DNA of 64,000 nucleotides from NCBI GenBank assembly GCA_964016885.1, contig OZ024746.1, forward strand, positions 49,538,001-49,602,000. The letters run 5' to 3'. Shown here piece by piece: positions 41,065 through 54,355 of the stretch; positions within the stretch are counted from its first letter, which is position 1; each line of letters begins with the position of its first letter. A program made the translations under genes and the position numbers. Source of the stretch: Eledone cirrhosa (Eukaryota). The notes under the pieces are model-generated. The model ran no database searches and was not told where the DNA came from. It saw nothing but the letters and a program-made list of their open reading frames with translations.

Positions 41065-41701
41065 CTGTGTGTGTGTGTGTGTGTGTGTGTATGCATACAT
41101 ATATGTGTATGCATACATATATGTATACGTATATATATATATTGGCGTCAATATATATATAAATACATACACATTCACACACACAAACGTACATATATAT
41201 ATATATGTGTGTGTGTGTGTATTCATTTATATATTGAAGCCTATATATGGGCGTGTACATGTTTGTTATTAAGTATGCATGCATGTATATATGTAGGAAG
41301 GTATATACGAATGTATGTATTGAATACAGGTGTCGTAAGTAAAGGCATTTTGTTCTATGTTTCTATGTGATTGTGTATGCCTATCTGTTAGTGACTTCTT
41401 TTCTACTGAGTATATGCGTAATTTTATGTGACGTGTGTTTATCTCTGTCAGAATGAATTAGATGGACGTTATTCTTATTTTCTATTTACACTCAGATCAA
41501 CTTTAATGAAGCATATCTATAATCAAAAGAATTCCAACCATAACCAATCCGTCTTTTAGCGATATCTAGGACTAGATTATCGAAAATGTCCTTCGTGTTA
41601 CTTGTTAAGTTGATTTATGGTTAGTTTGGCCGTAATTTCTACTGTTTCGTTGCTTATTTCTAATTTTTACATATTCTATTTTTTCAGACGTACTTCAGAC
41701 G

Positions 41702-41902
41702 TACAAAAGTGGGCTAAAATATTCATAGGCGGACTGTTAGAAGTGATGCTAGAGCTGTGAAAATTTTGTCTGTATTAATTTCAACTATTTTTGTTGATAA
41801 CTACATTGTTTCTTTCCAGGGACTATGTTGGGAAAAAAAACTCATTTGACATTCCATGAGAATATCTTCGTCAGCCTATGAACTTTTCAGCAGAACCTCG
41901 TA
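41702..41902. mobile_element. Mariner/Tc1-like MITE remnant (~200 bp)
   Basis: Degenerate TIRs tacaaaagtgggctaaaatattcataggcggac vs reverse complement tacgaggttctgctgaaaagttcataggctgac; TA ends. Confidence 0.55.
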
Positions 41903-41908
41903 TATATG

Positions 41909-41948
<40 letters not shown>

Positions 41949-41988
41949 TTCAAAATATTAACAAAATAGATATTCTTGTGATCAAGTA

Positions 41989-42055
41989 TATTTTATTACA
42001 CATATTTCAGAGGTACTGAGTTAACTTCAACAATACGTCCTCATCGGATAAAATA
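41989..42055 (-). ncRNA. Hammerhead ribozyme (CCGAUGA core), family shared with 59621/59857
   Basis: UAUUUUAU-CCGAUGA-GGACGUA...UACCUCU-GAAAU-AUGU-GUA-AUAAAAUA. Flanks are homologous to ~59590-59800. Confidence 0.6.
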
Positions 42056-42528
42056 AGATGATGCATGACATACCCTGACATAGTAGATGGTTAAGATTCA
42101 GTCATGGTAGTGAGTATTGTATGACAAAACTCAATATTTATATACCTTAATATTGAGAACATGAGAAAAATATATAATACATACAATAGAGAGGGTGCGT
42201 GTGAGACAGCTTTAAAAATACTTGGCATCAATATAACTGTTAAAAAAATTTAAATTACTGAAGAAAGAGGAAAAAAAGGAAAGCATAGAGGAAGAAACAG
42301 TTGATGGGATAATATAGTTAGTAGGGGCATCGAAAAACAAAAGACAGTTGATTACAGAGAGAGAGACAAAGAGGAATAACTTATGTTCAAGTTTTTAGAC
42401 AATTATCCATATATACAATATATATCTAAACTTATTTGGTTGACCGTTAATATTCAAAATATTTAATTTAAGTTACTTCAGAGTAATGAATAATATTTTA
42501 GGATTTAAAAGTTATATATTGATTATAT

Positions 42529-42670
42529 AATTAAAGTTAGAAGAAAAAATGCATATACACATACCAGGATTACGTTTCTACCCTAATAGGAGATTTCCAA
42601 AAGCGAACGAAACCCTAGGGTAGAAATGCAATCCTGGCATGTGTATATGCAGTTTTCTTCTAACTTTAAT
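42529..42670. repeat. Imperfect hairpin, ~57-bp arms, ~28-nt loop
   Basis: aattaaagttagaagaaaa...tttctacccta vs tagggtagaaa...ttttcttctaactttaatt. Confidence 0.85.
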
Positions 42671-42905
42671 TTTATACCTAATTGTGTATGGTTGACAGTA
42701 TATTTAATCGATTTCCACGTGCTGTTGAAATGTTGGGTAAATATTCTATGGCGGTTGGTCGCGAAGAGATTGCTGTCGTTTATTTATCTACTATTTCTTC
42801 ATAGGTGCCTTTTAATCTTATAGCCTGGTCTGATTGCTTTTTTGTGTGGTTAATTATGCTAATTGGGAGAGAAAATGGTGTATATATATATATTATCAAA
42901 TGATT

Positions 42906-42953
42906 CTATGGACATACTTTATAGTATATATATACTATAAAGTATGTCCATAG
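42906..42953. repeat. Perfect 48-bp palindrome
   Basis: ctatggacatactttatagtatatatatactataaagtatgtccatag equals its own reverse complement. Confidence 0.95.
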
Positions 42954-42976
42954 CACAACACACTAACTACTAAGCC

Positions 42977-43045
<69 letters not shown>

Positions 43046-43213
43046 AGGGGGTGTAACTAGGAGTTACTGCAGGTTCACCCGGGTGAGCACTCGATGTTTA
43101 GGTTCACTTCTGTGATCGAACCTTGAGCTGATCAGTGGCGAAACACGCGTGACCTATCAATATATGCAATGAAGGAATAATCAATCGTCCTTTTTATCCT
43201 TTCTCTCTCTCTC

Positions 43214-43249
<36 letters not shown>

Positions 43250-43350
43250 AGGGCTTAGTAGTTAGTCCGTTGTGCTCACAGTTGTAAGGTCTTGAGTTGC
43301 AGACCGGGTGGCGATTTGTATCGTTGAGTAAGACACTTTATTTCACGATT
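43250..43350 (+). mobile_element. Degenerate tRNA-type SINE head
   Basis: ggcttagtagttag A-box-like motif, gagttgcagacc B-box-like motif, ttgagtaagacactttatttcac core. Confidence 0.5.
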
Positions 43351-44439
43351 TATTGAGTTTCGATAACGCTGGTACCATGTTGTATCGGCATTTGCCTTTT
43401 TCTACCGCAGTATCGAGGGCATGAAGAAGGGTGAATGGTAGGCATGGGCGACTGCTGGTTCTTCACAAAATATCTTTCCTCACTTTGTACTTTGAAGGAT
43501 TGCTTTTCAGATGAACACCCATGCTCAGTCATAACTGAAGGAGACTGATATATATATATATATATATATTATATATAGTAATAATAATAAATGTGAAGAC
43601 TAAAATCCAAAGTAGCGATTATTTGCTTAAACTTTAATCTGTTATTTTAATAAATAAATATATATATATATATATTAAGAAGGGGAGAGAGAGGGAGATT
43701 CCTGAACAGGAGGAATACAATATTAGATTACAACAATTACATCACACCACTAATACTTGCATTGTCATCCTAAATAAATGAAAGTAAAATACGTTCTTGC
43801 AGGATTTGAACTTGTAAACGGTGAGGTTGAAAGAAAATATAGTTATACATTTAAACTTGTGACACACTGCCTTGTTCTGTATCTTATTCTTGGTAGATTA
43901 AGACATGTATTTATGTCGTTGGGTAGAGGTTTCCATCTGACCAAATACTGGCTCACTGCTTTTTTTGACAATGTGTGTGATAAAGGAATATATAAATTGA
44001 TACAAAACAAATATTTCGATCGACTCAAACCGTTTTCTGCTTCACATTGCTGAGTAAGTTTTTTGCCGATATACAACAGCGAAAGATATGCAACCAAATA
44101 TATGAACAATACAAGAGTGAGTGTATATACACATATATATATATATGTTGGCTGCCAACTCGTTTTCGAGTACGGCCACTACTTTATATCCATGTAGGAG
44201 AACCCCCACCGATGCGCTGAACGAGTGTGACTTTTTAGTCCAGCCAGCGACTTGAAAACTCTGGTACAAACACTACACTTATGACAATTACTGACACATA
44301 GTGCTGGGCCCATGGTACCATGTGACGACAAGTGCAGAGAGATCTCCAGATATAAAGCAATGCCTGTGCCGTGAAGCTTTTATAGTGAGCAAAGGCACTG
44401 CACAAAGCCAGTCCCACTCTCTTAACCAAGATGATATTT

Positions 44440-44775
44440 ACCAAAAAGAACAAGTCAAGAACATTGGATACCATCAGGATTGCAGGTGTTATATCAGAGC
44501 TTTCCTTCTCCTAGAATTCTGCCTTGACAAAGGCTAAGGGTTCATCTCTCCCGGTGATTTTGGATGGCCATTGACTCTTAAGAGCTCCTTTTCCCTTTGA
44601 CAGGTTTTGTTTTTAGTCCTGCAGGATGTTCAAAGTCACCCTCCTCACCAAGAAACCTTGGTGGGGTTGCCAGTTTAGTCGCCAACGACCCGACCATGAG
44701 ACAGGTTGTACTGGGATACATGTTACCAGCAGCACCAACTGGTGACCTGACAGGTCACCAGTTGGTGCTACTGGT
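44440..44775 (-). mobile_element. Probable RTE-clade LINE 5' UTR fragment ending in a fold-back
   Basis: The motif ggcagaattctaggagaaggaaagctctgat resembles RTE 5' UTRs (recognition from memory). A 19-bp perfect hairpin lies at 44731-44769. Confidence 0.45.
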
Positions 44776-44785
44776 TGGGCTAGTT

Positions 44786-44827
<42 letters not shown>

Positions 44828-46169
44828 TATATATATATCTGTGTGTGTGTGTTTATATATATATACAGAGAGAGAGAAATGTGTAAACAATGGTGTACTC
44901 GCATAAGTCTCGTCCACATCATTTCACTAATTTCTTCCACAGTCAGTACCATCGTACCCTCAACTATGTGATTGTGTGGTAAAAATCTTACCGTAAAGCT
45001 ATGTTTTCCCCCATAACAATGTTATCAATTCTACACGTAGATATTGTATTTCGTGTTTTTGTTGCCTGTCTATAAAGACAGTAATCCTTTCGTAAGATTT
45101 TCAAAGGCATTTTATGTAATAAAAGTTGTCATGTGACCTTTGGGACTTAGGATCTGAAGACAAAGAATAGAAGTATAAACCTAGTTTTCTTAATATTTTC
45201 TCCGTTTCATGTAAATTTAAGTTAATTTCTTTGATATCTGTTCTTCAAGACAAAACTAAAGTGACATTGATAATAAAACTTCCTGCTAAATTATCAGAGA
45301 TAGGTTTTTAGTTAACAAGAATACAGACATTTCGATGGAGTTTTCTGAAATGTATGTAACCATCAATTATTCGTAACTCTCTATTGGGATTAAGTTGACT
45401 CAGCTTCTAGTTTTCATAGAGAAACAAATTTGACAACCACTCATTCATTCAGTAATCTAGTTTACATATGAGTTTATAAAGATATGCATGACTGATAATT
45501 TCCTAGAGCAAATATCCTGGTGACATGGTATCGATTCACTTTCTCGAGATGTAGGTACTGCTGTGTGATTAAGAATTCTAATTAGCAGCCATGTGGTTCC
45601 AGGATCAATTCCATTATGCAGTACATTGACAAAATAATCAGTGCTCTTACTAACTGTCCTTCTCTCTCTCTGTCTCTCTCTCTCTCTCGTTGTTGGAAAT
45701 TTGGTGATTCATGTGACATGGACTGTGGTTTGTTTGCAACCAAGCAGTTGCAGCCTGATAATGTATTTTAGTATCATGTTGTATTGAGCTGCCGAGCCAA
45801 GTTCAATTTCGCATGTTAGGGAAGTTACTAGGGGTAGTTACTTGTTGTATTGAAATGAGACAATATTTCACTCACCTCTCATCTAAACGATGGATTTCAC
45901 AAATAAATTCTAGTCGAGTGATCTGCAATGTTCTGCAAAAGTAAATAACAAATAACATATATCTTATGAATTGCGTTTACATCTGAAATCAATTTGATCA
46001 TGAATTATGCGTTGATTTCAATGATGAGTCATCAGTTGTTCGATCAAGTGAGCATCCTGTTCGTGAATGAGCACGTAAGTGGTAGAGAATTCAACAGACA
46101 CGTGTACCCTTAACTTAATTCGAATCAGCGTTACACCTTTTGACAAACTACCACCTTTGAAGTAGATAC

Positions 46170-46292
46170 AAATCATACATACAGATTCCGTCTAACCAAT
46201 TTCAATCATAAAGCTTGGGTCAGCTCTGGGATCGAACACACGGAGTCATGATTGCGAAGCAATCTTTTCAACGATTCAGCTATGCCTGCGCC
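46170..46292 (-). mobile_element. tRNA-type SINE remnant (ggcgcagg...-headed family; related remnants near 45560 and 47205)
   Basis: Minus strand ggcgcaggcatagctgaatcgttgaaaagattgcttcgcaatcatg...gttcgatcccag. Confidence 0.55.
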
Positions 46293-46829
46293 CACTAAAA
46301 TCAATTTACCTTCCGCCTAAATAATCTATGCCATTTATAAAATGATAAATACCATAGCTTCGAAAGAATCATCTCATTTCGGAACAGAAGTTCTCATTTG
46401 ATTAGACGCCCCCCGCGAAACAGCATTTTTAATACTTGCCACATCAGTGGACTGTGCAGTAATGTACACAAGATGGCGTTATAACATAACATAATGTCTA
46501 AGCGAAATTACCTGGGGACTATATTCTCATGAAAAGCAAATCGTTAAGTCAGATATATAAGTTAGTGAATAAACTATGATTAATTCTTTATATAATGGCA
46601 CCGTAATTCTATCGGCCTAACTGTATTTAAAATCCTAATAGATTATGTCAAGTTTGTAAGAGCTTTATACCAAGGTTTCTTACACTAAACTGTTATCTCG
46701 ACTGGCACTATATCCGAACTATGACTTTAATACCTTGTAACATCCTATGTTGAAAATTATGGAGTGACTGTTGACCTAATTGACAACGCTAGTATATTTT
46801 AACTGTCCGTTACCTGACACTGTCAATAT

Positions 46830-46995
46830 AATTGTCTCTATTTTTGGCACAAGGCCACCAATTACACCAGTGAATTGCTGATGCTTTATTTTATCGACCC
46901 CCGTAAGGATGAAAGGCAAAGTTGACCTCAGAGGATTTGAACTCAGACCATAAAGGACCGTAACTCTGCTGCAAAGTATGGTGTCCGACCCTCTA
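46830..46995 (-). mobile_element. tRNA-derived SINE (same family as 37920)
   Basis: ttttatcgacccccgtaaggatgaaaggcaaagttgacctcagaggatttgaactcag...gtgtccgaccctcta. Confidence 0.8.
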
Positions 46996-49293
46996 TCCCT
47001 GTCAACGTCATTTATATCCCCATGGCTTAGTTCGAAGGGTTGTCAAAATAAGTAACAGAGAGAATGTTATATTCTCTACGAGTGTTACGATCGTTTCCAT
47101 TCCTGAGCATTGCTACGTTTCTTTCATAATCAGACAATGGGAAACCATAAGACTGGACCACATTCTGAAATTATGAATTAAAGAGGAGGCTCTCTGTGTG
47201 TCCTGGCTATAGCTGTAGCCGTGTTGTTTAGAAATTCGCTTTAAAATTACATGATACCGGGTTTGATCATATTGCATGAGACTTGGATCAACCTTTGCTT
47301 ATTGAGAGAAGTTGGGCTAAACAAAATTTTCAGAAATCCGCATGAACTGTTGGGCCGTACCACGTAGCACTTGTTTCGGTGAGTGCCCTCGCTGAAGATC
47401 ATTATGTTGTTAGCATTGGGATAAGAGGAATCTGTAGAAATCCGTATGATGAATTGTTTGACTGCACCCAGTCACCCTTGTTTTGTTGAGTGCCATGTCG
47501 CTAGTATTGAGACAAACTCTCAGCAGCCCAGAACGCTGAATTTCCCTACAAAGACTAACCCATAAAAAAATAATCAATACGTTACAGAACATTACATTTA
47601 TATTATTAAAACCTATGATCAACTTGCTATTATAGATATGCCAAAAACAGAGATAGCTTATTGTATTCATAGATATCCTTCTGAGTCAAATTTAAATCGA
47701 GATATATATGTATAATCAGTAGTTGATACGAAGTAGATTAGTCAACTGGATTGAAGGAAATTACAAAATGTACACTATTTCATAAACTAGATGTCTTGGC
47801 AATTTTTCTATCAGTCTTATTCCTTTGTATTTCCTCTAATTTCTAGATGATAAAAGGTATTTTAATCGATCACCTGCCAGGAGAGATATTATTCTTAATG
47901 GTATACTGTGGCCATATAGAGATTTTATATCATACAATGGCATTAAAGCTATATGACAAAATATATTTCAATTTTTGTTTCTTTTTCTTTTTCTTACACA
48001 TCTTACATTTCTCTTTCTATTTCCCTATCTCTAAATCTCTCCAGAATCACGCGATTCTACATATATTTATAAATACATACATTCACTCCATAATACACAT
48101 TAGCAGAAGCGGAGCGACTTTCTTTTACCTGATACAATGTGTGTGAGTGTGTTTATATATATATATATATATATGTGTGTGTCTGTCTGTGTTTATTTAT
48201 TTATATACATATACATATGTGTGTATTTGGTACATGTATTATATATTTACATATATGTATGTGCGTTTGAATATGTGTCATATCACAAAACATGAGTGTT
48301 CAATATTTATGAAATTAGAGATAAATATTTTATATGTAGTTTGTAGAATACTGTAGGATTATCATAAATGATATCACTTTTCTTCAGAGCCAAGAAAGAA
48401 TTCTGCCACCAACAACATCTAACTTTCTACAAAACTCAGGTGTTAACACAAAACTTCACTTTCTTCCGTTTCCACGGGCACTATTGCGGTGTGTTTGCCT
48501 ATGAGTGTCTGGTCTCATTACCTCTACACTCAAGCACTCCAGATTTAGTTCGTCTTTCTACCTTTCATGTACCATATTGTGTACAGCCTCAGCTCCTTTA
48601 GTAATCACCACACCCAATCTATACTCCCCAAGATTTCAACCCTCCGTATATATATTTTCTCAGCCATCGTCGTTCGCCAACTTTATATTAAAGTATATTC
48701 CACTACCTTTTAATTTACTGATGTCAGATTTGTATACAAATGTGTAAAAGCATACCACACATGCACATAGACAAAAGAATAAAAGGCAAAGATGACTCGG
48801 CGGGATTTGAACTCAGAGAGCAGAGGTCAAATCCCGCTGAGGTCAACTTTGCCTTTTATCCTTTCGAGGTCGATAAAAAAAGTACTAGTCTAGTTGTGGC
48901 GTGGATTGTTCCTCTATATTTCTTTCTCATTTCCCCTCTCTCACTTTCTATTTTTCTCTGGAAGAAATCTGCTGTACTCAGGTCTGGAGAGGGATAGACT
49001 CCGCGAGATTTAAAAATGTCCAAGAAACGCCGTATGTCAATACGGTGCCCCTACGACTTTATCAGGAGTTACGGGGAAAATAAATAATATATATATATAT
49101 ATGGGAAGAGATATATATATGGGAAGAGATATATTAGATATGTCTCATTTGAAATAATACAGCCAATTTTCCACGCAATACTTTTAGTAGCACCCCGAAC
49201 ACATAATTGGGAATATAATCACTTATTTCCTAATGTTTGTTGAGTGAGTTGGAATTTGGCTGGAGTATCGCTAAAAAGCTTTCTCCGATATTG

Positions 49294-49345
<52 letters not shown>

Positions 49346-50320
49346 AGTGCGTGTGTGTCTATGTATCTGTGTGAGTGTGCGTTAGTGATTTCGGTGTGTG
49401 CGTGTGTTCACGCGAGGGGAATATAACGTCTATTATATTGGTTTCTTATATAGGCACAAGGCCAGCAATTTGGGGGAGGGGAAAGTCGATCAAATCGGGT
49501 AAGAAAGCATTGCTTTATATCTGGAGATCTGATATACGAGAATCAAAAGCAGAGAAACCACTAAGAAAAGTAGAAAGCTCTGAAATAGGGCAGCCATCGG
49601 GTAAGAAAGCAAGTATCTGGGGTCTATCACATCTGCTATAAAAAGCGGAGTCGGCCAATTCTATCATAGAATAGGGGATGAGGGTGGGGGTACTGAGGCT
49701 ACAAAGGTCCGATTACAATTCCAAAACACCTAGTAAACTTCTCTATAGTTTAGCAGTACCAGTGAGAGATTTGATGATGGTGGTAAGGGAATAGTAACCA
49801 GAAATTGTTTTTAATATTTTTAACATTCTTATTATTCTTCTATATATTTACTCCATATTGATTTACTTACTGTTTCTACTTCCTCCTCCTCCCCCTCCCT
49901 AGTATACTTTCTTCACCTCCTGCCCTTAGGATCCTGCTGTGGTTGGCACTATCAACGCACGGCTGGGTTTCTTCCCCTCCCCTCCCTCTTTCTTCTACTG
50001 GCAGGTTCAGCTACCCCTTCCTTCCACAAATTGCCATGATAGAATTATGTGTCTCAACAACAAACTTTTGACCAATCCTTGTGACAATCACTTTTACCAT
50101 ATTTGGAATTACCCCCTGAGAAGCTCGGCTATTCATGTACCAGGATAAAAATTTTCATTTAGTCCAGAATTAGCCGTCGAAACGGCTTGAACTCAGCCGT
50201 CGGGGTCCTACTCGTTCCTATTACCCACTCTACTACCCTAAGTATTGAGTACTTTGGTGCGTTATGGTCCATCTGGTTCCTTACCACATTTCCTTCGTTA
50301 TATATATAAGGGCGGTGGAT

Positions 50321-50495
50321 TGGCAGTATCGGTAGAGGGTCGGACGCCATGCTTTCCAACATAGTTAAGTCCCTTTACGATCTGAGTTCAAATCCCGCCG
50401 AGGTTGACTTTGCCTTTCATCCTTACGGGGTCGATAAAATAAAGTACCAGTAATGCACTGGGTATTTGCTGGCCTTGTGCCTAAAGTAGAAACAG
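50321..50495 (+). mobile_element. tRNA-derived SINE
   Basis: Near-identical to 37920-38095. Confidence 0.85.
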
Positions 50496-50819
50496 TTATA
50501 TATATATAAACGGAAAAAATGAAACGAAATTTCATTTCTCACTCTTAGTACGGTTGTTACTTATATGTTACTTAGACTGTACGTCTGTATACATATATGT
50601 ATGTACGTATACATACTTATATATATATGTATACGTATATATATATATATATATCTTTGTGTGTGTGTGTATGTCAGTACATTTTTAAATGTATATATCA
50701 TTAATATATCTGTATTTGGCTTATACCTATATTTGATAAAACTATCAATTTTTACGACTCTTGTAAAACGGATATCTCCGTGATTTAAATGTAATATTTC
50801 TGTTTCTGCTTATTGTATG

Positions 50820-50863
<44 letters not shown>

Positions 50864-51350
50864 GGAGAGAGGAAAAGAGACAATGGGTAACGCTATGCTA
50901 GATGTTTCTAAGACGACATTGCGTTTTACGAGTATTTGTGATAGTCTTAATTACTCTATATACTTGAAGTGAATGTGTTTGTAGTTGCCCCTACTATAAA
51001 TTTTAATTCTATTTGATTTCACAAAACAGATAGCGTTTTTGACCTAAAATTGATAAAACAGATAAAAGTAAATACATTAGAAAATGGTATGTGTAGATAG
51101 ATAGATAGATATGTTTCTTTATTAGCCACAGGGGCACAAAAGAAGGGGACAAATACAAAGGGGGAAGTTTACATACAATAAAAACGTGTAAAATGTTAAC
51201 ACAAATGTAATTAAAAAAGTTAGACGATTTTCAAAAATAGGGGGAGAGAGTTTATATGGGTAACACATACCCCCGAAAAAATGTGCAACCCTCATCTCCA
51301 GGAGTACGAAGAGTTTGTACTCCTTTCCTCTCCTCCTCCTTTTCCTCAAC

Positions 51351-54310
51351 CTACAGGCTGATATAGAGAGAAGGCCCATTCACTCGGGCCATTCTCGCCA
51401 CTTTCACCCACCTTTCATAAAACTTGCTGGGGTACAGCACCTCTCTCTCCATCCTGATTCTTCTTCCAAAGTGGTATTTGAAAAAAAGAATCAGTTGTTG
51501 GCCGGATGGAAAGGTGTCTGACCTCAGCCCTTTCAACCTTGTCCACCATACAACCTCTTTCGCCATAGCTATCACACAAAGGAAAACCGCCTCTCCTTCG
51601 TTTTTGAAGGAGGGTGGCGGTTTGATCATGATAATGGACTCGGTGGTCAACCGGATTGGTCCCACCCGCGACAATAGTCGTTCTACATAGCCCCACAGGT
51701 CAGTGACGCCCGGGCAGTGTATGAATGCGTGCGCGACGATTTCTTCGTCTCGCACGCACCTCGGACAGATCTTTTTTGCAGGGTGCCTGCCCGGGCGCCC
51801 ATGTCTGTAGAGCTTGTCTCGAACTGGTAGAGCTCCTCGGTAGCACTGCCAGGCCAGGGACTTTTGGAAGTTGTCCATCGGTCCCGGGCGGAAGGTCCTA
51901 CCGAACAGACTGGCCAGTTCATCTTCCTCTACGCCTAGAGTTTCACCGAGCGCGTCGTCGCACTTGCTGCGGATCATCCCTCTATAGAATGACGAAGTGG
52001 GGTCTCCCCTGATCGCCGGGTCCGCCTGCCAGAGGGCTGTGAGCGCCTGAGCACATTCGATGTGCCAGTCGCCCATTTTCCTCGGTCTTTGCCTGACCCA
52101 GGACTGCAGCTCGGTCAGCGAGACGAGTCGTGGGAAGGCTCGCCTCACGAATGGGGCCCACACCGGTTGTCCGGTGAGGAATACGTAGAGATGCCGCAGC
52201 CTGAGCGCGTGTTTGCGCATCGTCAACCACGGCATCCCCAGCCCTCCGTTAGAAGGGTGTTGGCAGCAGATGGATCTTCTCACCAAAGGAGCCCGCCTCT
52301 TCCAAAGGAATCGGAAGAGCGCGCGTTCCATTTTGGCGAGCGTTTTGGCTGGACAAGGCACGACGGTCAAGCGATAGTAGATGGCGGACGCTATAAAAGT
52401 GTTCGCCACCTCCGCTCGACCTTTCAAGGATAGTTTGCACTCGGCCCACTTCTGGGTGAGTGCAAACACCTTGGCCGTCACTTCGTTCCAGTTCTTCTCC
52501 ACCTGGAGGTCCGGACCAAACCAGATCCCGAGCAGCTTTACCGATCCTTCCGTCCAGCGTCCGACGACGCCATCGGAAGGCATCGGTTTGCCTCTCCACG
52601 ATCCGAGTTGCAAACCGATGGACTTGTCCCGGTTCAGATCCGATCCTGTGAAACTTTCGTATTCTTTCAGTAAGGTGCCGACTTCCTCGATTTGCGAGGC
52701 GCTCGACACCATTACTGTTACGTCGTCGGCGTAGGCCTTCGCCCCTTTCCGCAGTCCCGGTTCCAGAGGGATGCCCTGCAATAGCTCCAACTTCCGCAGT
52801 AGTGGCTCGAGAGTCAGTACGTGCAGAAGGGAGGAGAGTGGTCATCCCTGTCGAATGGATCGCGCAATATGGAACGGCTCCGAGAGGTAGCCTTTCACCT
52901 TGACCCTTGAGCAGATGTTGCTGTTGTGCATTGCAGCAATCCAGCCCCTGAACACGGGTCCGAAGCCTGCCGTCTCGAGCACCGCATCCAGGTAACGATG
53001 GTCAACCCTATCGAAAGCCTTAGACTGATCCAAGTTGATCAGGGCCCCACCGAAGCCGGGTTTACCCCCTACCCTCTCTATGATGTATCGCATGAGGTGG
53101 AGGTTGTCGTGTATGGACCTGGTCGGGATTGCGCATGTCTGCGTTTCTCCCACCAGGTTCTCGACGACAAGCGCCAGCCTCTTTGCCAACACCTTGGCCA
53201 AAATCTGTAACTCTGTGTTTAGCAGAGTTATGGGCCGGAAGTTGCCTATGTCATCCCCCTTATTCTCGTTCTTCCTGATTAGTGTGACCACGCCCCCGGT
53301 TACAGAACTGGGAATTCTCCCGTTCTGTTGCCAGTTGCAGAAGACCGCTTCCAGGAGACCGGAGAATAAGTCCGGCATTGCTACGTAAAATTCGTAGGGT
53401 AGACCGTCGAGACCTGGAGATTTGCCTTTGCCGCATTGGCTCAGCGCGCCCCCTATCTCAGCGGCTGAAATCGCAGAATTTGCCTCGCTGTCCGAGAGTC
53501 GCGGTAGGCCGTCGAGGTATGGACCGAAATCCATAGCCTCTCCCGGCGCGCCGCCCCTCCAGTGTCGCTGAAAAGCCACACACATCTGCTTCGGCTCACG
53601 TAACACGCGTCCGTTTTGGTCCTTCAAAGACCGAATCGAGGACTTGTTGCCACTTTTTGCCTCCGTCACTCGGGCCCAGCTAACAGCTTTGGCTCCCTCG
53701 TTTGCGAGAGCACGTATTTTGCTTCTGACAACGCAGCCCTCGTGCTTTGCGTCGAAGAACTGGTCCAAGGCCCTTCTAGCTGCTAGCACGCTGGCTACGT
53801 TGCCACTTCTAATTGCCTCTTCTACTTTATCTACCAGTTCCTTCTCGGTTCTATTTCTATCTAACGCTAATTCTTTACTAAAAACTAACGAGTGTAATCT
53901 AACTGCCCTCTTGAGAGAGTACCACCATCTGCAGTTAACAATGGCCCCTGTCAAGTGCTGTTTAACTAAAGTGCTAATCCGTCTACTGTAGGCTATGCTT
54001 GTCGGTAACGACAAGTTCAGCTTCCAGTAGCCGGGTCCTTGTCTATGGGTTCTATCAAGGTTGGCCATGCAGGTCACTAGTTTGTGATCTGAATAGGCAA
54101 CCATGAACATTTGTGGACAGCTTAACATGTCCCTATCCTTATTTCTAACTAGAACCCTATCTAGGTACGATCTAGATGTTCCGCTACGATTACTCCACGT
54201 CCACAGTGGCGCAGTCGGAAAATCTAGTCGATATCTATCGGCCAGGTCAAATCGGTCGATTAACTGTTTGAGGCTGTTACACCCCCCTTTATCGGGACAT
54301 GCTCCCACAT
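51351..54310 (-). pseudogene. LINE ORF2 (partial APE endonuclease, RT, zf-RVT-like region) with one in-frame TGA and a missing N-terminus
   Basis: WTWSN...SYLDR...SDH...GPGYWKLN; KSPGLDG, FRPITLLN, LDQSKAFDRVDH, RQG*PLS, AYADD, CPRC...HAFIHC. Track ORFs 52842-54359 and 51351-52790 are in frame. Confidence 0.9.
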
Positions 54311-54355
54311 TATATTGGCCATGTTGGTGCTGAAAAGTTAAAAGAGGAAAAGTGA

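Noticed and set aside
45000-50300. Possible host exons
   Set aside because: Only short motif-less ORFs and SINE debris; small exons cannot be excluded without transcript data.
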